Assembly: GCA_021623045.1 (NCBI GenBank)
Contig: JAJWJX010000003.1
Location: forward strand, 29,995 to 93,994
From: Segatella copri
GTDB lineage: Bacteria; Bacteroidota; Bacteroidia; Bacteroidales; Bacteroidaceae
Direction: 5' to 3'
DNA: 64,000 nt
The notes under the pieces are model-generated. The model was not told the DNA's origin. It ran no database searches and saw nothing but the letters and a program-made list of their open reading frames with translations. Positions 41,552-51,834 of the stretch are shown one piece after another. The number at the start of each line of letters is the position of its first letter. Position 1 is the stretch's first letter. The position numbers and the translations under genes are program-made.

Positions 41552-41728
41552 GAGAGAGATTTTTATTGTCTTACGCCCCATGGATAATAAGCAACACGAC
41601 TTGACAAAATGTAGACAAAGCTTTAATAATATAGGCGTATCCAGCATTACTATAATACCAAACACCATTAGCGTCACCCGTCACGGCAAAGGCCAATTTC
41701 ACATGAGAGTCATCTACAGGAGTAACTT

Positions 41729-41851
41729 GGCTAGTCAGCTGTTCTTCATTCGCCTGTACACTATTTCCGATTAACAGCCAACTTATTCCTCGGCAGAATA
41801 TTCTTCCATAACTAGGCTATAATCGCTACATACTGATAAAAACTCTGGCAA
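41729..41851 (+). repeat. Leader repeat, copy B (upstream of ATPase gene 2)
   Basis: Direct repeat of 39907-40030. Confidence 0.85.
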
Positions 41852-41931
41852 CTATAACAAAATTGGGGACAAAGGAAACTTTTTAGCAAAAATAAATAAG
41901 CAAAAAGTTTGGAGTTTCGAAAGAAAAAGCA

Positions 41932-41939
41932 TATATTTG
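41932..41939 (+). promoter_or_regulatory. -7 box TATATTTG for ATPase gene 2
   Basis: Exact TAnnTTTG match ~98 nt before ATG 42037. Confidence 0.5.
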
Positions 41940-41967
41940 CACCTTGAAAAGTGCACATTGTGCACAA

Positions 41968-41991
41968 ATATGCACCTTCCAAGGTGCATAT
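41968..41991 (+). promoter_or_regulatory. Palindrome ATATGCACCTT-CC-AAGGTGCATAT in the ATPase-2 leader
   Basis: Perfect 11-bp arms. TGCAC/GTGCA(C) words are also present at 41938-41965. Confidence 0.5.
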
Positions 41992-42036
41992 ACTATAAAA
42001 ACAGCATCTTAAAAGATGCATAAAATAAGGTGAAAT

Positions 42037-43215
42037 ATGGATATTACACTCGTAAACTACATGAAAGAACAGCTGCGTCTAGTAAGTCTGGACTTTAAGC
42101 GTTATATGTATGACAAACTTCCTTGGCAAGCGAGGTTCGTTGGACTCATGGGGCCCAGAGGAGTAGGAAAATCGACTTTGATTCTTCAACATCTTAAAGA
42201 AATGGATGCGGATACACAGGCAAAAAGTCTCTATATATCAGCAGACCATAGCTATTTCACAACTCACACACTAATTGATACAGCCGACCAATTTGTACGT
42301 GAAGGAGGCGAAACGCTTTATATAGATGAAGTACATAAATATGATGCATGGTCGAGGGAATTGAAGCAAATCTACGACTCCCACCCTGAGCTCAAGATCT
42401 TCTTCACGGGATCTTCTATGCTTGATATTTTAGAAGGAGAGGCAGATTTGAGCAGAAGAGTCATATTATATGAGATGCAGGGTATGTCTTTTAGAGAATA
42501 TCTGGAAATGTTCGAAGGTATCAAGACACCTATCAGGTCATTAGATGATATTCTGAGGGGAAATATTGAAATAAAAGAGGTGCTTCACCCTATTCCGCTC
42601 TTCAATAAATATCTGAAAGAAGGATACTATCCGTTTTCCAAGGAAGGCTTCTTCCAGCAAAGACTACAGCAGGTAATACGTCTTACGATGGAAGTAGATA
42701 TCCCACAATATGCCAACATGTCGCCAGCAACAGGAAAAAAACTCCGCCGCATGTTATCTATCATAGCAGGCAATGTGCCCTATAAGCCAGAAGCCACAGG
42801 ATTGGCAAACGAAATTAAAGTGAGCCGTAATGATATTCCTACCTATCTACTATACATGGAAAAAGCAGGAATGATCGGTCAGTTACGTGATGAAACTGGT
42901 GGAATGCGAGGATTGGGAAAGACAGAGAAAGTTTATCTCGATAATCCGAATATCATATATGCACTTTCAGGCAATAATTCTAATATTGGTAATGTGAGAG
43001 AGACTTTCTTCTACAACCAAACCAGAGTCAATCTGGATGTTACATCATCTAAGATTTCCGATTTCACAATAGGAAAGTATACATTTGAGATTGGGGGTGC
43101 CAAAAAGAGTCATAAGCAGGTGAAGGATGTAGAAAACGCTTATATTGTGCGTGACGATATAGAATATGCTAATGGTGACATATTACCACTATGGAGTTTT
43201 GGGCTTTTATATTGA
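42037..43215 (+). CDS. P-loop ATPase, distant paralogue of the AAA_14/DUF4143 type, with a PD-(D/E)XK-like C-terminus
   Basis: Walker A GPRGVGKST, Walker B TLYIDEVH, FTGSSM, and a C-terminal DF...FEIGGAKK block. 392 aa. Confidence 0.85.
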   Translation: MDITLVNYMKEQLRLVSLDFKRYMYDKLPWQARFVGLMGPRGVGKSTLILQHLKEMDADTQAKSLYISADHSYFTTHTLIDTADQFVREGGETLYIDEVHKYDAWSRELKQIYDSHPELKIFFTGSSMLDILEGEADLSRRVILYEMQGMSFREYLEMFEGIKTPIRSLDDILRGNIEIKEVLHPIPLFNKYLKEGYYPFSKEGFFQQRLQQVIRLTMEVDIPQYANMSPATGKKLRRMLSIIAGNVPYKPEATGLANEIKVSRNDIPTYLLYMEKAGMIGQLRDETGGMRGLGKTEKVYLDNPNIIYALSGNNSNIGNVRETFFYNQTRVNLDVTSSKISDFTIGKYTFEIGGAKKSHKQVKDVENAYIVRDDIEYANGDILPLWSFGLLY

Positions 43216-43260
43216 AATTAAAATATTCCGGAATACAGTTTATACTGCAACAATAAATAA

Positions 43261-43286
43261 GGGGCGTGCTTAAATGAGCACGCCCC
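43261..43286. terminator. Hairpin between convergent genes (ATPase 2 + / BACON lipoprotein -)
   Basis: GGGGCGTGCT pairs with AGCACGCCCC. The minus strand has a T-rich tail. Confidence 0.65.
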
Positions 43287-43348
43287 CAGGCGAGAGATTT
43301 TATGTATTCTTTTCACAAAGAACTCTATAAAACATTATGTATATAGTT

Positions 43349-44473
43349 TTATTTCATGATGAAAAGTTTAGGTGTCGCAACGTTCATCTTTTTGCGAGCA
43401 CCTGAAGCATCTATCTTCAAGAGATAAGGTGCTATCATATTCATCAAACCACCAATACGGGTATTACTTGTGAACTCCTTTGAAGAGAATGCGTAAAGCG
43501 ACAGATAATCTACGTTATAAGTCCATGAACCATCATTTTTGAACTCAGCATAGGTTCCATCTTCACCATTATGGAAAGCAGCAGAGTAGGTAACAGACGG
43601 AGACCATGTTATATAACCAGCCTCCGAATCACCTAAAACGATCCCCATATTATAGATTGTATTCTCATCTGCCTGGTAGTCGCCGATATAAGAGCCTGCA
43701 GCAATAGACAACTTACAAGAAGCCGCATCGAAAGTTACAGGAATTGTAAAGTCTAAATCAGGCAATATCAAGGATAGCTTTCCTGCCTCATCGGCTACCA
43801 AGTTTGCTTTAAAATAACTTGTCTTACCCGTAGAAGCATTTGTAAATGCCAGATAATACGTGCCTGCAATATCTTCTGCAAAATCATACTGAGAAACAAG
43901 AACAGAATCCTTAAATTCTCCAAATGAATACTTTACATAAGCCTGACGCATATGACCAGTTTCATTGGCTGCTGAAGATACTATTACGCTGTCATTCTCA
44001 ACACTGGCAGTAAGCCAGTCTGCGGTAGTAGAAACAACCGTTTTACCATTAGTATTCAAGGCAAAAGCCTCTCGTGATGCGCCATTAGCTAAGGAAATGG
44101 CAGTACCCATATCACTCTGGAAATAGAAACCCTGCTGCTGTACTGTTACATTTACAGAATCTACTCCAGACTTGATGGTAAGCAAACTGGAACGGCCACT
44201 ATTAGTCTCGTTATTATCTACCGAAACCTGAACGTTAGAATCATTCAGAGCCGTAGCCTTACACCAGTCGCTGGCACTGGAGAAAGTGATAGGACCTTGC
44301 GACTTAACCACAACAGTTCCTGTACCAGCACTGGCAGAGAACAAAACATCTGATTTTACCACAGAGATGGTAGACGCACGATTGTATACTGCCCCTACCT
44401 CATCGTCGTCGCTACAAGCGACGAACGACAAGGCCAAAGTAGCCACACATATTAAACTAAATATTTTTTTCAT
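43349..44473 (-). CDS. Lipoprotein with two BACON-like domains and a C-terminal lipocalin-like domain
   Basis: Lipobox FVAC. Two repeats follow the DW(C/L)(K/T)A...NET..(R).. BACON pattern. Last gene of the SusC/D operon. Confidence 0.75.
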   Translation of the reverse strand: MKKIFSLICVATLALSFVACSDDDEVGAVYNRASTISVVKSDVLFSASAGTGTVVVKSQGPITFSSASDWCKATALNDSNVQVSVDNNETNSGRSSLLTIKSGVDSVNVTVQQQGFYFQSDMGTAISLANGASREAFALNTNGKTVVSTTADWLTASVENDSVIVSSAANETGHMRQAYVKYSFGEFKDSVLVSQYDFAEDIAGTYYLAFTNASTGKTSYFKANLVADEAGKLSLILPDLDFTIPVTFDAASCKLSIAAGSYIGDYQADENTIYNMGIVLGDSEAGYITWSPSVTYSAAFHNGEDGTYAEFKNDGSWTYNVDYLSLYAFSSKEFTSNTRIGGLMNMIAPYLLKIDASGARKKMNVATPKLFIMK

Positions 44474-44487
44474 ATCAAATTCATTTT

Positions 44488-45804
44488 TTATTGTTTAACC
44501 AATCCGTACAAATATGGAAGACGGTTGCTACCATTGACCAACCATGAACTATTATTGAACTGACCAACAGAAGAACCTGATGGAGTTATCAACCACAAAA
44601 TGAACGAATCCGTAACCAAGCCTGAATAAGAATTAGTCTGGAATGTATATACAGGTTTTTCTGTATCCATATTCCACTGTGTCTGAACTCCGGCTTCTGA
44701 TGCCCAAGTAAGGTTACCACCAGCTGCAAGACCCCAAGCGCAGAGCCAGACATCGTTGCCACCATATGAGCCAACAATCTGAGAGTTCAATTCCAGATTA
44801 CCCTTGCTCTTGTTAAACTTCAGTACAGGCTTGATATTATCATTGAGACCTTCCATGATGAAGCCAGACTTATCTTCTGTAGGTGTCAATGTAACATTGA
44901 GAGCATAATAAACACTCTTACCGGTAGATGGATCCTTATGTGGCCAATAATACAGTTTATAATTACCTGCATATTGATCATACTTCACATAGTCGGCTGG
45001 TAAAGTACCAATAAATGTTACGGCAGTACCGCCAGAAGTTACACCAGTAAACGTGTTAGTCTCAGCATTGAAGTTCAAAGAACTCAGTAGCTCGCCATTG
45101 ATACTGAATGGCTTGTAGAAACGAATACCAGTATCAGTAAAGGCAAAAGCCTGCTGCTGTGCATTGGAACCATCCTCATTGCTAATCAGCAACTGTTTGT
45201 TATCCAAATCAAATTCACCCAAGAATTTTTTAACCCCAACAGTACCTTGCAGACCAGAGACTATGAAATTGTCTTCCATTTCCAGTACCTTATTGATATA
45301 CTCTTCAGGTGAAGTTTCCAGCTTACGGAAATAGAAGGTATTTCCTGTTTTCTTGCCATGTACCTTGATTGCATCATCACCGATAGAATCTACAACAAAT
45401 TCGAAATCACCATGATATGCCTCATAGTTGCCAGCTGATGGTGTAGCAAAGAGATGCATCAGATCATTATATGTATCAAATGTCAAGACCGGTCCCTGGT
45501 CATTTGTCATCTTATAAAGACTTTCACAGGAATTGCCCGGTTTCAGGTCACTAGAAACCGTAGCTTTTCCATCAGCAAACTTTATGGTGAAAACACATCC
45601 GCCATACGACTGGTTCTCCTCTGGATAATATTCCAAGAGCCAGCCATTTTCTGCACTAGTAAACGCCTTATCTGCATTATCCATTGCATCTTGTACTCGC
45701 AAGGCAGCATCCTTGTCGAAGATTTCCTCTTGATCTTTCAGACAAGACTGAAAGGCGAACATCGGCAAGAGGAGCAATATATATATGAATAGTTTCTTTT
45801 TCAT
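44488..45804 (-). CDS. DUF4302-type lipoprotein
   Basis: Lipobox FQSC and an N-terminal AENGWLLEYYP...GGCVF pattern recalled for DUF4302. Gene context with the metallohydrolase lipoprotein supports the call. Confidence 0.7.
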   Translation of the reverse strand: MKKKLFIYILLLLPMFAFQSCLKDQEEIFDKDAALRVQDAMDNADKAFTSAENGWLLEYYPEENQSYGGCVFTIKFADGKATVSSDLKPGNSCESLYKMTNDQGPVLTFDTYNDLMHLFATPSAGNYEAYHGDFEFVVDSIGDDAIKVHGKKTGNTFYFRKLETSPEEYINKVLEMEDNFIVSGLQGTVGVKKFLGEFDLDNKQLLISNEDGSNAQQQAFAFTDTGIRFYKPFSINGELLSSLNFNAETNTFTGVTSGGTAVTFIGTLPADYVKYDQYAGNYKLYYWPHKDPSTGKSVYYALNVTLTPTEDKSGFIMEGLNDNIKPVLKFNKSKGNLELNSQIVGSYGGNDVWLCAWGLAAGGNLTWASEAGVQTQWNMDTEKPVYTFQTNSYSGLVTDSFILWLITPSGSSVGQFNNSSWLVNGSNRLPYLYGLVKQ

Positions 45805-45822
45805 ATTCCTTTTATGTTAAAG

Positions 45823-46719
45823 TTATTTCACACTAATATCTGTCAAATCAACTTTGCCTGCAGCCAAATCTGCCTGACGACGAAGAATCGTATCACGGAG
45901 TTTGTCCATATCAATACCCCAGGAATCCTTCATGTAGCTCTTAACGATATCAAGTTTGGCCTGCAGAAGAGGTGCACCATTCTCTCCAGCCTCAGCCATC
46001 CATTCATCCCACTGCTCCTTAGAGTTGGTTACATATAAAGACATCATCTCTGCAAAATCCTCCGTATCAGAATGCTGAGCATAAGCAGAAATAAAGCCTC
46101 GTTCCAAGTAACCCACATTAAAAGGTTCTTTACTCCAGGAATCTGCGACATAAGAATTACCGGTAATCAACTTAAACTCAGCAGAATATTCTTTAGTCTG
46201 ATTCAGGATATGGGTAAACTCATGATGAATCGTCTTAAAATAGTAATGGTTCAACGCAGCAGGACTACTCTTGTATGTATCCAGATAATTAACACCCGTC
46301 AGCAAGATTTTCTTGCCGCTTTCTGCAGTACCTAAGATAAAAGTACCATTGTTACGATACTCCCACTCACCGATGGTGAAAATCATCTTAGGGAAGTAGT
46401 TACGTGTAAAATCGATACCGGCAACCTCATCATAAGATTCCAGACAGAGATATTTCACCAGATGTGCCATCTCGATGGCCTGGTTTAACTCTGCAGGAAC
46501 GGTATAATAGTTAGCATCGGTCTCTTTATACTCATAACGATACTTGAACTCCAGATTATACGGATTGACAAAATTGGCAGTGAGCCACTTGTCAAAGTCG
46601 TTGGCCTGCTTCTTATCTATCGTAATTACGCTCTCGGCATTCAAGTCATCTTCTGAACAGGAAACCAAGGCTGTACCTGTAGATACCGCAAGCAAAGCAT
46701 ATAATAAATACTTTTTCAT
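45823..46719 (-). CDS. Substrate-import-associated zinc metallohydrolase lipoprotein (Peptidase_Mx1-like)
   Basis: Lipobox LVSC, the HExxH motif (TIHHEFTHILNQ) and a downstream EDFAE. Immediately downstream of susD. Confidence 0.8.
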   Translation of the reverse strand: MKKYLLYALLAVSTGTALVSCSEDDLNAESVITIDKKQANDFDKWLTANFVNPYNLEFKYRYEYKETDANYYTVPAELNQAIEMAHLVKYLCLESYDEVAGIDFTRNYFPKMIFTIGEWEYRNNGTFILGTAESGKKILLTGVNYLDTYKSSPAALNHYYFKTIHHEFTHILNQTKEYSAEFKLITGNSYVADSWSKEPFNVGYLERGFISAYAQHSDTEDFAEMMSLYVTNSKEQWDEWMAEAGENGAPLLQAKLDIVKSYMKDSWGIDMDKLRDTILRRQADLAAGKVDLTDISVK

Positions 46720-46764
46720 TTTCTTTCCTTATTATTGTTAATAACTTGGTTCTTCCTCGCTACA

Positions 46765-48390
46765 TTATTCTGTAGGAGTTGTAGCAGTTGTTGCCTTGCG
46801 TGGATTAGCAGGGCAACCAGCATCACGAACCTTCTGTGGTATCTGGATGGCACGGCGTTCATCATCCTTCGTCAAGACATCAGTCTTCACAGCTGGCAAA
46901 CCATTTGCACTCATGGTACGACGAATGATTTCTATACCATATCTCTTGATATCAAACCAACGAAGACCACCCTCCATGGTTTCGATACGGCGGAAGTTTA
47001 GCATACACTGAAGCATGCACTCCTGTGTGCTACCCTCAGCATCAATAGAGAACGCAGGATTCAGATGCTTCTTAATGGTAGAATTAATACCCTTAGGATC
47101 ATCATCGGTAACCGTATAAGAATAAGGTATGTCCTTGTAGAATTCTGTGATGTTCTCTGGTGTAAGTACCATGTTGGTCTTCACCATATTCTGCATCCAG
47201 AGTGTCAGATCGGCTGCAGCCTCATCATACTTCTTCAGCATGATATAAGCCTCAGCACGGTTGAGCAAACATTCGTCTGTAGTAAATGTGGTAATCACTG
47301 TACGCTGATAACCTATCTGTGCCACAGGATCAGAAAACTCAAACTTATAAGGCATCTTCCAGAAGATAGTCTTATCAAGGTTGGTTGCAGAATATGTCTT
47401 CATGCCGGAATAGAAAGAAGCACTGCCCCAAATATTTCCAGCCTGACCATCCTCATGACTTGCAACATACGAACCATGAGCATATTTTGAGTAAACATCG
47501 TAAGGACCAAAAGCCAAACCTAAGCTACTTACAGCCGTATTAAGCATAAGATTACAGTTTACACCTGCATCAATATACTGATTAGTAACAGCCTCATAAG
47601 TCTGCGTCATACCAGCAATGGCTTTCCAGTCACGTAACATGGTCTTAGGCTGACTTCCCAGACACTTAGTGGCATATTCTACAGCCTTGTCCCACTTTTC
47701 ATAATACAGGTAGAAACGGGTAGCAAAAGCATAGGCTGCACGAGTATTGAAATGATACTTAGGCACCTCCAGATGAGAATCACCTACCAAAGGTAAAGCC
47801 TCCTGAATATCCTTATCTATCTTTTCATAAGTTTCGGCTACAGTACCACGAGGAATCTGTGCCATCAACTCACTCGAAGTCTTACTAATATACGGAATAC
47901 CTGCATCTTTCGTACTGGTCTGAGAGTTATAAGCCTTTGAGAAAAGGTTTACCAAAATAAAATGATTGTAAGCACGACAGAGCAAAGCTTCTGCCTTTTC
48001 TTCCTTCAGCGAAGTTGTGGTGGCACCACCCATCTCTTCAATACCATCAAGAGCCAGATTGGCATTGGCGATGGCATTATAGCTAGCCTCCCAATAATCC
48101 TCAGGAGAATCATTGTTACCCTCTGTTACATCCTCCCAGGCGTACACCTGATCAACGAAGCGGTCGGTATTAGGATTCGACTCTCCATAATTATCAGAAT
48201 TATCAGACATAAGTTCTGTAACCAGCGCATATGTCTTGTCGGGATATGCTGAACTCAAGATGCTCTTTACCTTTTCTTCAGTGTCTATTGTCGTACGGTT
48301 GTCTGGCAATGTATCCAGGAAATCATCGCATGATGTAAACGATGCTCCCGCAGCAAGTACCATCAACACATATAATATTTTCTTCTTCAT
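46765..48390 (-). CDS. susD: RagB/SusD-family lipoprotein
   Basis: Lipobox FTSC, SusD-like TPR composition, and adjacency to the SusC gene. Confidence 0.9.
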   Translation of the reverse strand: MKKKILYVLMVLAAGASFTSCDDFLDTLPDNRTTIDTEEKVKSILSSAYPDKTYALVTELMSDNSDNYGESNPNTDRFVDQVYAWEDVTEGNNDSPEDYWEASYNAIANANLALDGIEEMGGATTTSLKEEKAEALLCRAYNHFILVNLFSKAYNSQTSTKDAGIPYISKTSSELMAQIPRGTVAETYEKIDKDIQEALPLVGDSHLEVPKYHFNTRAAYAFATRFYLYYEKWDKAVEYATKCLGSQPKTMLRDWKAIAGMTQTYEAVTNQYIDAGVNCNLMLNTAVSSLGLAFGPYDVYSKYAHGSYVASHEDGQAGNIWGSASFYSGMKTYSATNLDKTIFWKMPYKFEFSDPVAQIGYQRTVITTFTTDECLLNRAEAYIMLKKYDEAAADLTLWMQNMVKTNMVLTPENITEFYKDIPYSYTVTDDDPKGINSTIKKHLNPAFSIDAEGSTQECMLQCMLNFRRIETMEGGLRWFDIKRYGIEIIRRTMSANGLPAVKTDVLTKDDERRAIQIPQKVRDAGCPANPRKATTATTPTE

Positions 48391-48411
48391 ACGTTTTTCT
48401 TCCTTAAAAAA

Positions 48412-51400
48412 TTAAATACCCAAGTTCAATGTCATTGTAAACTGACGAGCCATAGGAACGGCAACACCACCCGTATTGAAGAATTCAGGATCCTGACCAT
48501 TCAGCTTCTTATCAGCATAAATCAAGAAGAGGTTGGTACCCTGCAATTTCAATGACAGATTGCTTAATCTCAAAGCTGAAGCCCATGCCTTAGGGAATTC
48601 ATAGCCCAAAGATATTTCCTTCATACGGATAAAATCGCCCTTAGCAATACGCTCTGTTGAATAGTTATATGCATTATAAGCATACTTCAAATTGGTATCC
48701 ATCTTGTTCTGAGTCTTACTGGCGATAACAGGAACCGAAGTTCTGTTCTCGTCACCTGGCACTGCCCAACGATTCTTAAACTCCTTAGGAGTAGAAGTCA
48801 AATCATCATATTCATTACTGAAAACAGGATCCAGACGAACTACATTACCAAACGAATAAGTAAGGAAGACATTCAATGTGAAACCTTTATATTTAAAGAT
48901 ATTACCCAAACTACCTACATCGGTTGGATCTACACTACCCTCATACTTCAGATATTTCAAGTTCTCAGGATCTGATGACTGGAAATAGATGTCACTTACT
49001 GTAACATTACCATCCTGATTGATAAAGGTAGGAAGACCTTCCTTGTTCAAGCCCTTAAACTGAATAGAGAACAAACTTCTGACAGGATAGCCCTCCTGAG
49101 CGAAACCTGTACCAGAAACCAAGTCAATCATACGTTTACTTGTCTTCAAGTCTGTAACCTCATTATGAGTATGAGAGTAAATAAAGCTGGTTGACCATGT
49201 GAAGTCCTCTGTTTTGATATTGGTAGTATTCAAACTAAGTTCCAAACCACTAGACTTCATGGAAGCGATGTTACCATAACGCTGTACCTCTCCAGAAAGT
49301 CCCCACGTATTGGCAAGACCAATCAAATCGTAGTTGTTACGCTTATACCAGTCAATTGCCAAATTGATACGGTTATTCAAGAAACCAGCCTCCAAGCCAA
49401 TATTCAACTCATGCTTCTTCTCATAAGTCAGATCACTATTTGCAGCCTCTTTCTGATACAAAGCACTTTCCTTTACACCTGCAAAAGGACGCCAAGGAAC
49501 AGTACTGCCTATCACTGCAAGAGAATTGGTTACAGAAGGACGGTCACCAGTCAAAGAGTAAGAAGCCTTCAATGTCAAGTGAGACAAAGCTGGCTCAAGA
49601 GCCTTAAACCAACTCTCCTCATGAGCATTCCATGCACCGGAAATATTCCATGTAGGCATCCAGCGGGAAGAACGGCTCTTACCCAATCCATTGGTACCCT
49701 CATAACGAACAGTACCATTCACTGTATACTTTCCTTTATAAGAATAGGTAGCATTGCCAAAGAAGGCTGCACTACGCTGGTGCTTATTTACCAAAGTATA
49801 ATATTCAGAGTTATCCTCTACACCTTTTTTAAATACCTGATAAGCATAGTTGGCTATCTCACCCATACTATACTGCATACCCCAACCACGGAACCATGTA
49901 GAATGACGGTCGTTACTGTTGGTTTCCATACCACCATAGAAATTTACGATGTGATCTTCATTGAATACATCGTTATAACTGATGGCAGCACGCATATCCC
50001 ATCCAAAAAGACGGTTGTCGGTGCGCTCATAAATACCACCATTAGGCAATACTGAGACTGGCAACGCATAAACATCATCTGGATCGGTATAAAGAAGATT
50101 ATTATTTTTACGGATAGTTGATGTAGCCATCGCACGATAAGCTAAAGCCTGGTTTGAACTATCCAAAATATAATGTTCCTGTGAAGTAGCAGAATATTTC
50201 ACTGCACCCAACAAAGAGAGTTCTACCTTCTTGATTGGCTTGTAGTTAACACGTCCCTGCAAACGGAAATCAGTAACATTCAAATCCATATAGTTACTTT
50301 CCAACTCATGGAAGATATTGAAATCAGCATAGTTGCGGGTATAATACAGAGTAGGATCAAGCGCACGAGATGTGTTCAACGCATAAGAATATGGGTTGAT
50401 ATCGAAATCACGCTTTACCTCACCAGATACAGCATCAATAGAACTGCTCAATGTACCAGGGGCCTTCTGCTTACGATATGATGCATTACTGATCAAGTTC
50501 AAATTCAACTTATCCGAAATATTGAAAGTTGAATTCAAGTTGGCAGTATAACGCTCTACCTTACTCTGCAATGTCCATCCTGGATCAAACATAGCACTGG
50601 CAGATGCATAATGCTGAGCCTTATCAGTACCTGCACTTACACTTACAGAGTGGTTGTGCTGAATGGCAGTTGAGAAAAGAGAATCAAACCAGTTGGTATT
50701 GCGATACTCTGCACTACGCAAATAGGCAGCCTTAGCTTCTGGAGTATTAGCCAAAGCAAACTGACCGGTTGTAGGATCATACTGACTCAACATCTGATAC
50801 ATCTTACCATACACACCACTTTCTGAAGCTACGGAAGTCTCAGCATAATTAAGATAACCTTTCTGTTCCAATTCCTGATAAACAGACATCTGGTCCTGAG
50901 AATTCATGATATTGAAGTTAGCATAGCTAGGCTTCAAACGCATTGTATATTCACCTGTATAGCTAACACGAGCCTGACCGGCACGTCCTTTTTTAGTAGT
51001 AACAACGATGACACCAGCCATGGCACGGGCACCATAAATAGAGGTTGCAGAACCATCCTTCAAAATCTGGAAACTTTCAATATCGTCTGAGTTCAAGCCT
51101 GCAATGGCTGAAGAAATCAAGGTATTAGCATCACCAGAAGATAGCTGATCTGCACTAACATCTACCACATCCTCCATGATGACACCATCTACAACCCAAA
51201 GAGGTTTAGAAGAACCATAGATAGAGGTAGCACCGCGGACACGAATCTTTGGAGCGGTACCGAAAGTACCAGAAACGTTCTGTACAGACACACCGGCTGC
51301 ACGACCTTCGAGGGAGCGGCTGATATCAGCTACACCATCCAACTTTGCATCTGCAGCATTTACGCTTGTGGCAGAACCTGTAAAAAGTCGCTTATCCACT

Positions 51401-51729
51401 TTCTGCATACCCGTTACAACCACCTCGCCCAAACTCTTGCTATCTGCCTTCAGGCGGATAGTCATCTTGGCGGCTGGAGTCAAGGTCTGGCTCTGCATAC
51501 CGATGTAGCTAACTACAAGTTTCTTACCAGCAGGTACCTCCAAAGAGAAGTGACCGTCAATATCGGTGACGGTACCTGTACGTGCCGCTCCGGCGACTAC
51601 GACAGATGCACCGATGACAGGTTCACCATCTTCCTGAGAAACTACGGTACCTGTTACTTTCGTTTGAGCCAATGCCCCCCCACATAAAAGGAAGAGATTG
51701 ACTAACAAGAAAAGCAATCTTTTTTCCAT
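48412..51729 (-). CDS. susC: SusC/RagA-family TonB-dependent transporter
   Basis: N-terminal carboxypeptidase-regulatory-like domain (GTVVSQEDGEPVIGASVVV), a plug domain and a barrel. 1105 aa. Confidence 0.95.
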   Translation of the reverse strand: MEKRLLFLLVNLFLLCGGALAQTKVTGTVVSQEDGEPVIGASVVVAGAARTGTVTDIDGHFSLEVPAGKKLVVSYIGMQSQTLTPAAKMTIRLKADSKSLGEVVVTGMQKVDKRLFTGSATSVNAADAKLDGVADISRSLEGRAAGVSVQNVSGTFGTAPKIRVRGATSIYGSSKPLWVVDGVIMEDVVDVSADQLSSGDANTLISSAIAGLNSDDIESFQILKDGSATSIYGARAMAGVIVVTTKKGRAGQARVSYTGEYTMRLKPSYANFNIMNSQDQMSVYQELEQKGYLNYAETSVASESGVYGKMYQMLSQYDPTTGQFALANTPEAKAAYLRSAEYRNTNWFDSLFSTAIQHNHSVSVSAGTDKAQHYASASAMFDPGWTLQSKVERYTANLNSTFNISDKLNLNLISNASYRKQKAPGTLSSSIDAVSGEVKRDFDINPYSYALNTSRALDPTLYYTRNYADFNIFHELESNYMDLNVTDFRLQGRVNYKPIKKVELSLLGAVKYSATSQEHYILDSSNQALAYRAMATSTIRKNNNLLYTDPDDVYALPVSVLPNGGIYERTDNRLFGWDMRAAISYNDVFNEDHIVNFYGGMETNSNDRHSTWFRGWGMQYSMGEIANYAYQVFKKGVEDNSEYYTLVNKHQRSAAFFGNATYSYKGKYTVNGTVRYEGTNGLGKSRSSRWMPTWNISGAWNAHEESWFKALEPALSHLTLKASYSLTGDRPSVTNSLAVIGSTVPWRPFAGVKESALYQKEAANSDLTYEKKHELNIGLEAGFLNNRINLAIDWYKRNNYDLIGLANTWGLSGEVQRYGNIASMKSSGLELSLNTTNIKTEDFTWSTSFIYSHTHNEVTDLKTSKRMIDLVSGTGFAQEGYPVRSLFSIQFKGLNKEGLPTFINQDGNVTVSDIYFQSSDPENLKYLKYEGSVDPTDVGSLGNIFKYKGFTLNVFLTYSFGNVVRLDPVFSNEYDDLTSTPKEFKNRWAVPGDENRTSVPVIASKTQNKMDTNLKYAYNAYNYSTERIAKGDFIRMKEISLGYEFPKAWASALRLSNLSLKLQGTNLFLIYADKKLNGQDPEFFNTGGVAVPMARQFTMTLNLGI

Positions 51730-51826
51730 AAAATCCTCTCTTAAAAATTAAACAACTCTTATAACTTTAAATTATTATTTTTTCTCTTCTTACACTTTTT
51801 AAATATCTCTCATTACTTTACGGGTG

Positions 51827-51834
51827 CAAAGATA
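51827..51834 (-). promoter_or_regulatory. -7 box TATCTTTG (minus strand) for the second SusC/D operon
   Basis: Plus strand reads CAAAGATA, ~98 nt upstream of ATG 51729. Confidence 0.55.

Noticed and set aside
41571-41800. Minus-strand stop-free frame ending ...VTGDANGVWYYSNAGYAYIIKAL... as a gene fragment
   Set aside because: It has no start codon and its upstream half lies inside the leader repeat, whose other copy does not keep the frame. I see no recognisable family. It is most likely non-coding.
35253-43300. tRNA-Leu-linked genomic island covering tex, the OMP gene and the ATPase genes
   Set aside because: There is no integrase, no duplicated tRNA 3' end and no transfer genes. tex and the OMP gene look like core genes with normal promoters and terminators. 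Only the nuclease remnant and the ATPase cassettes look accessory.
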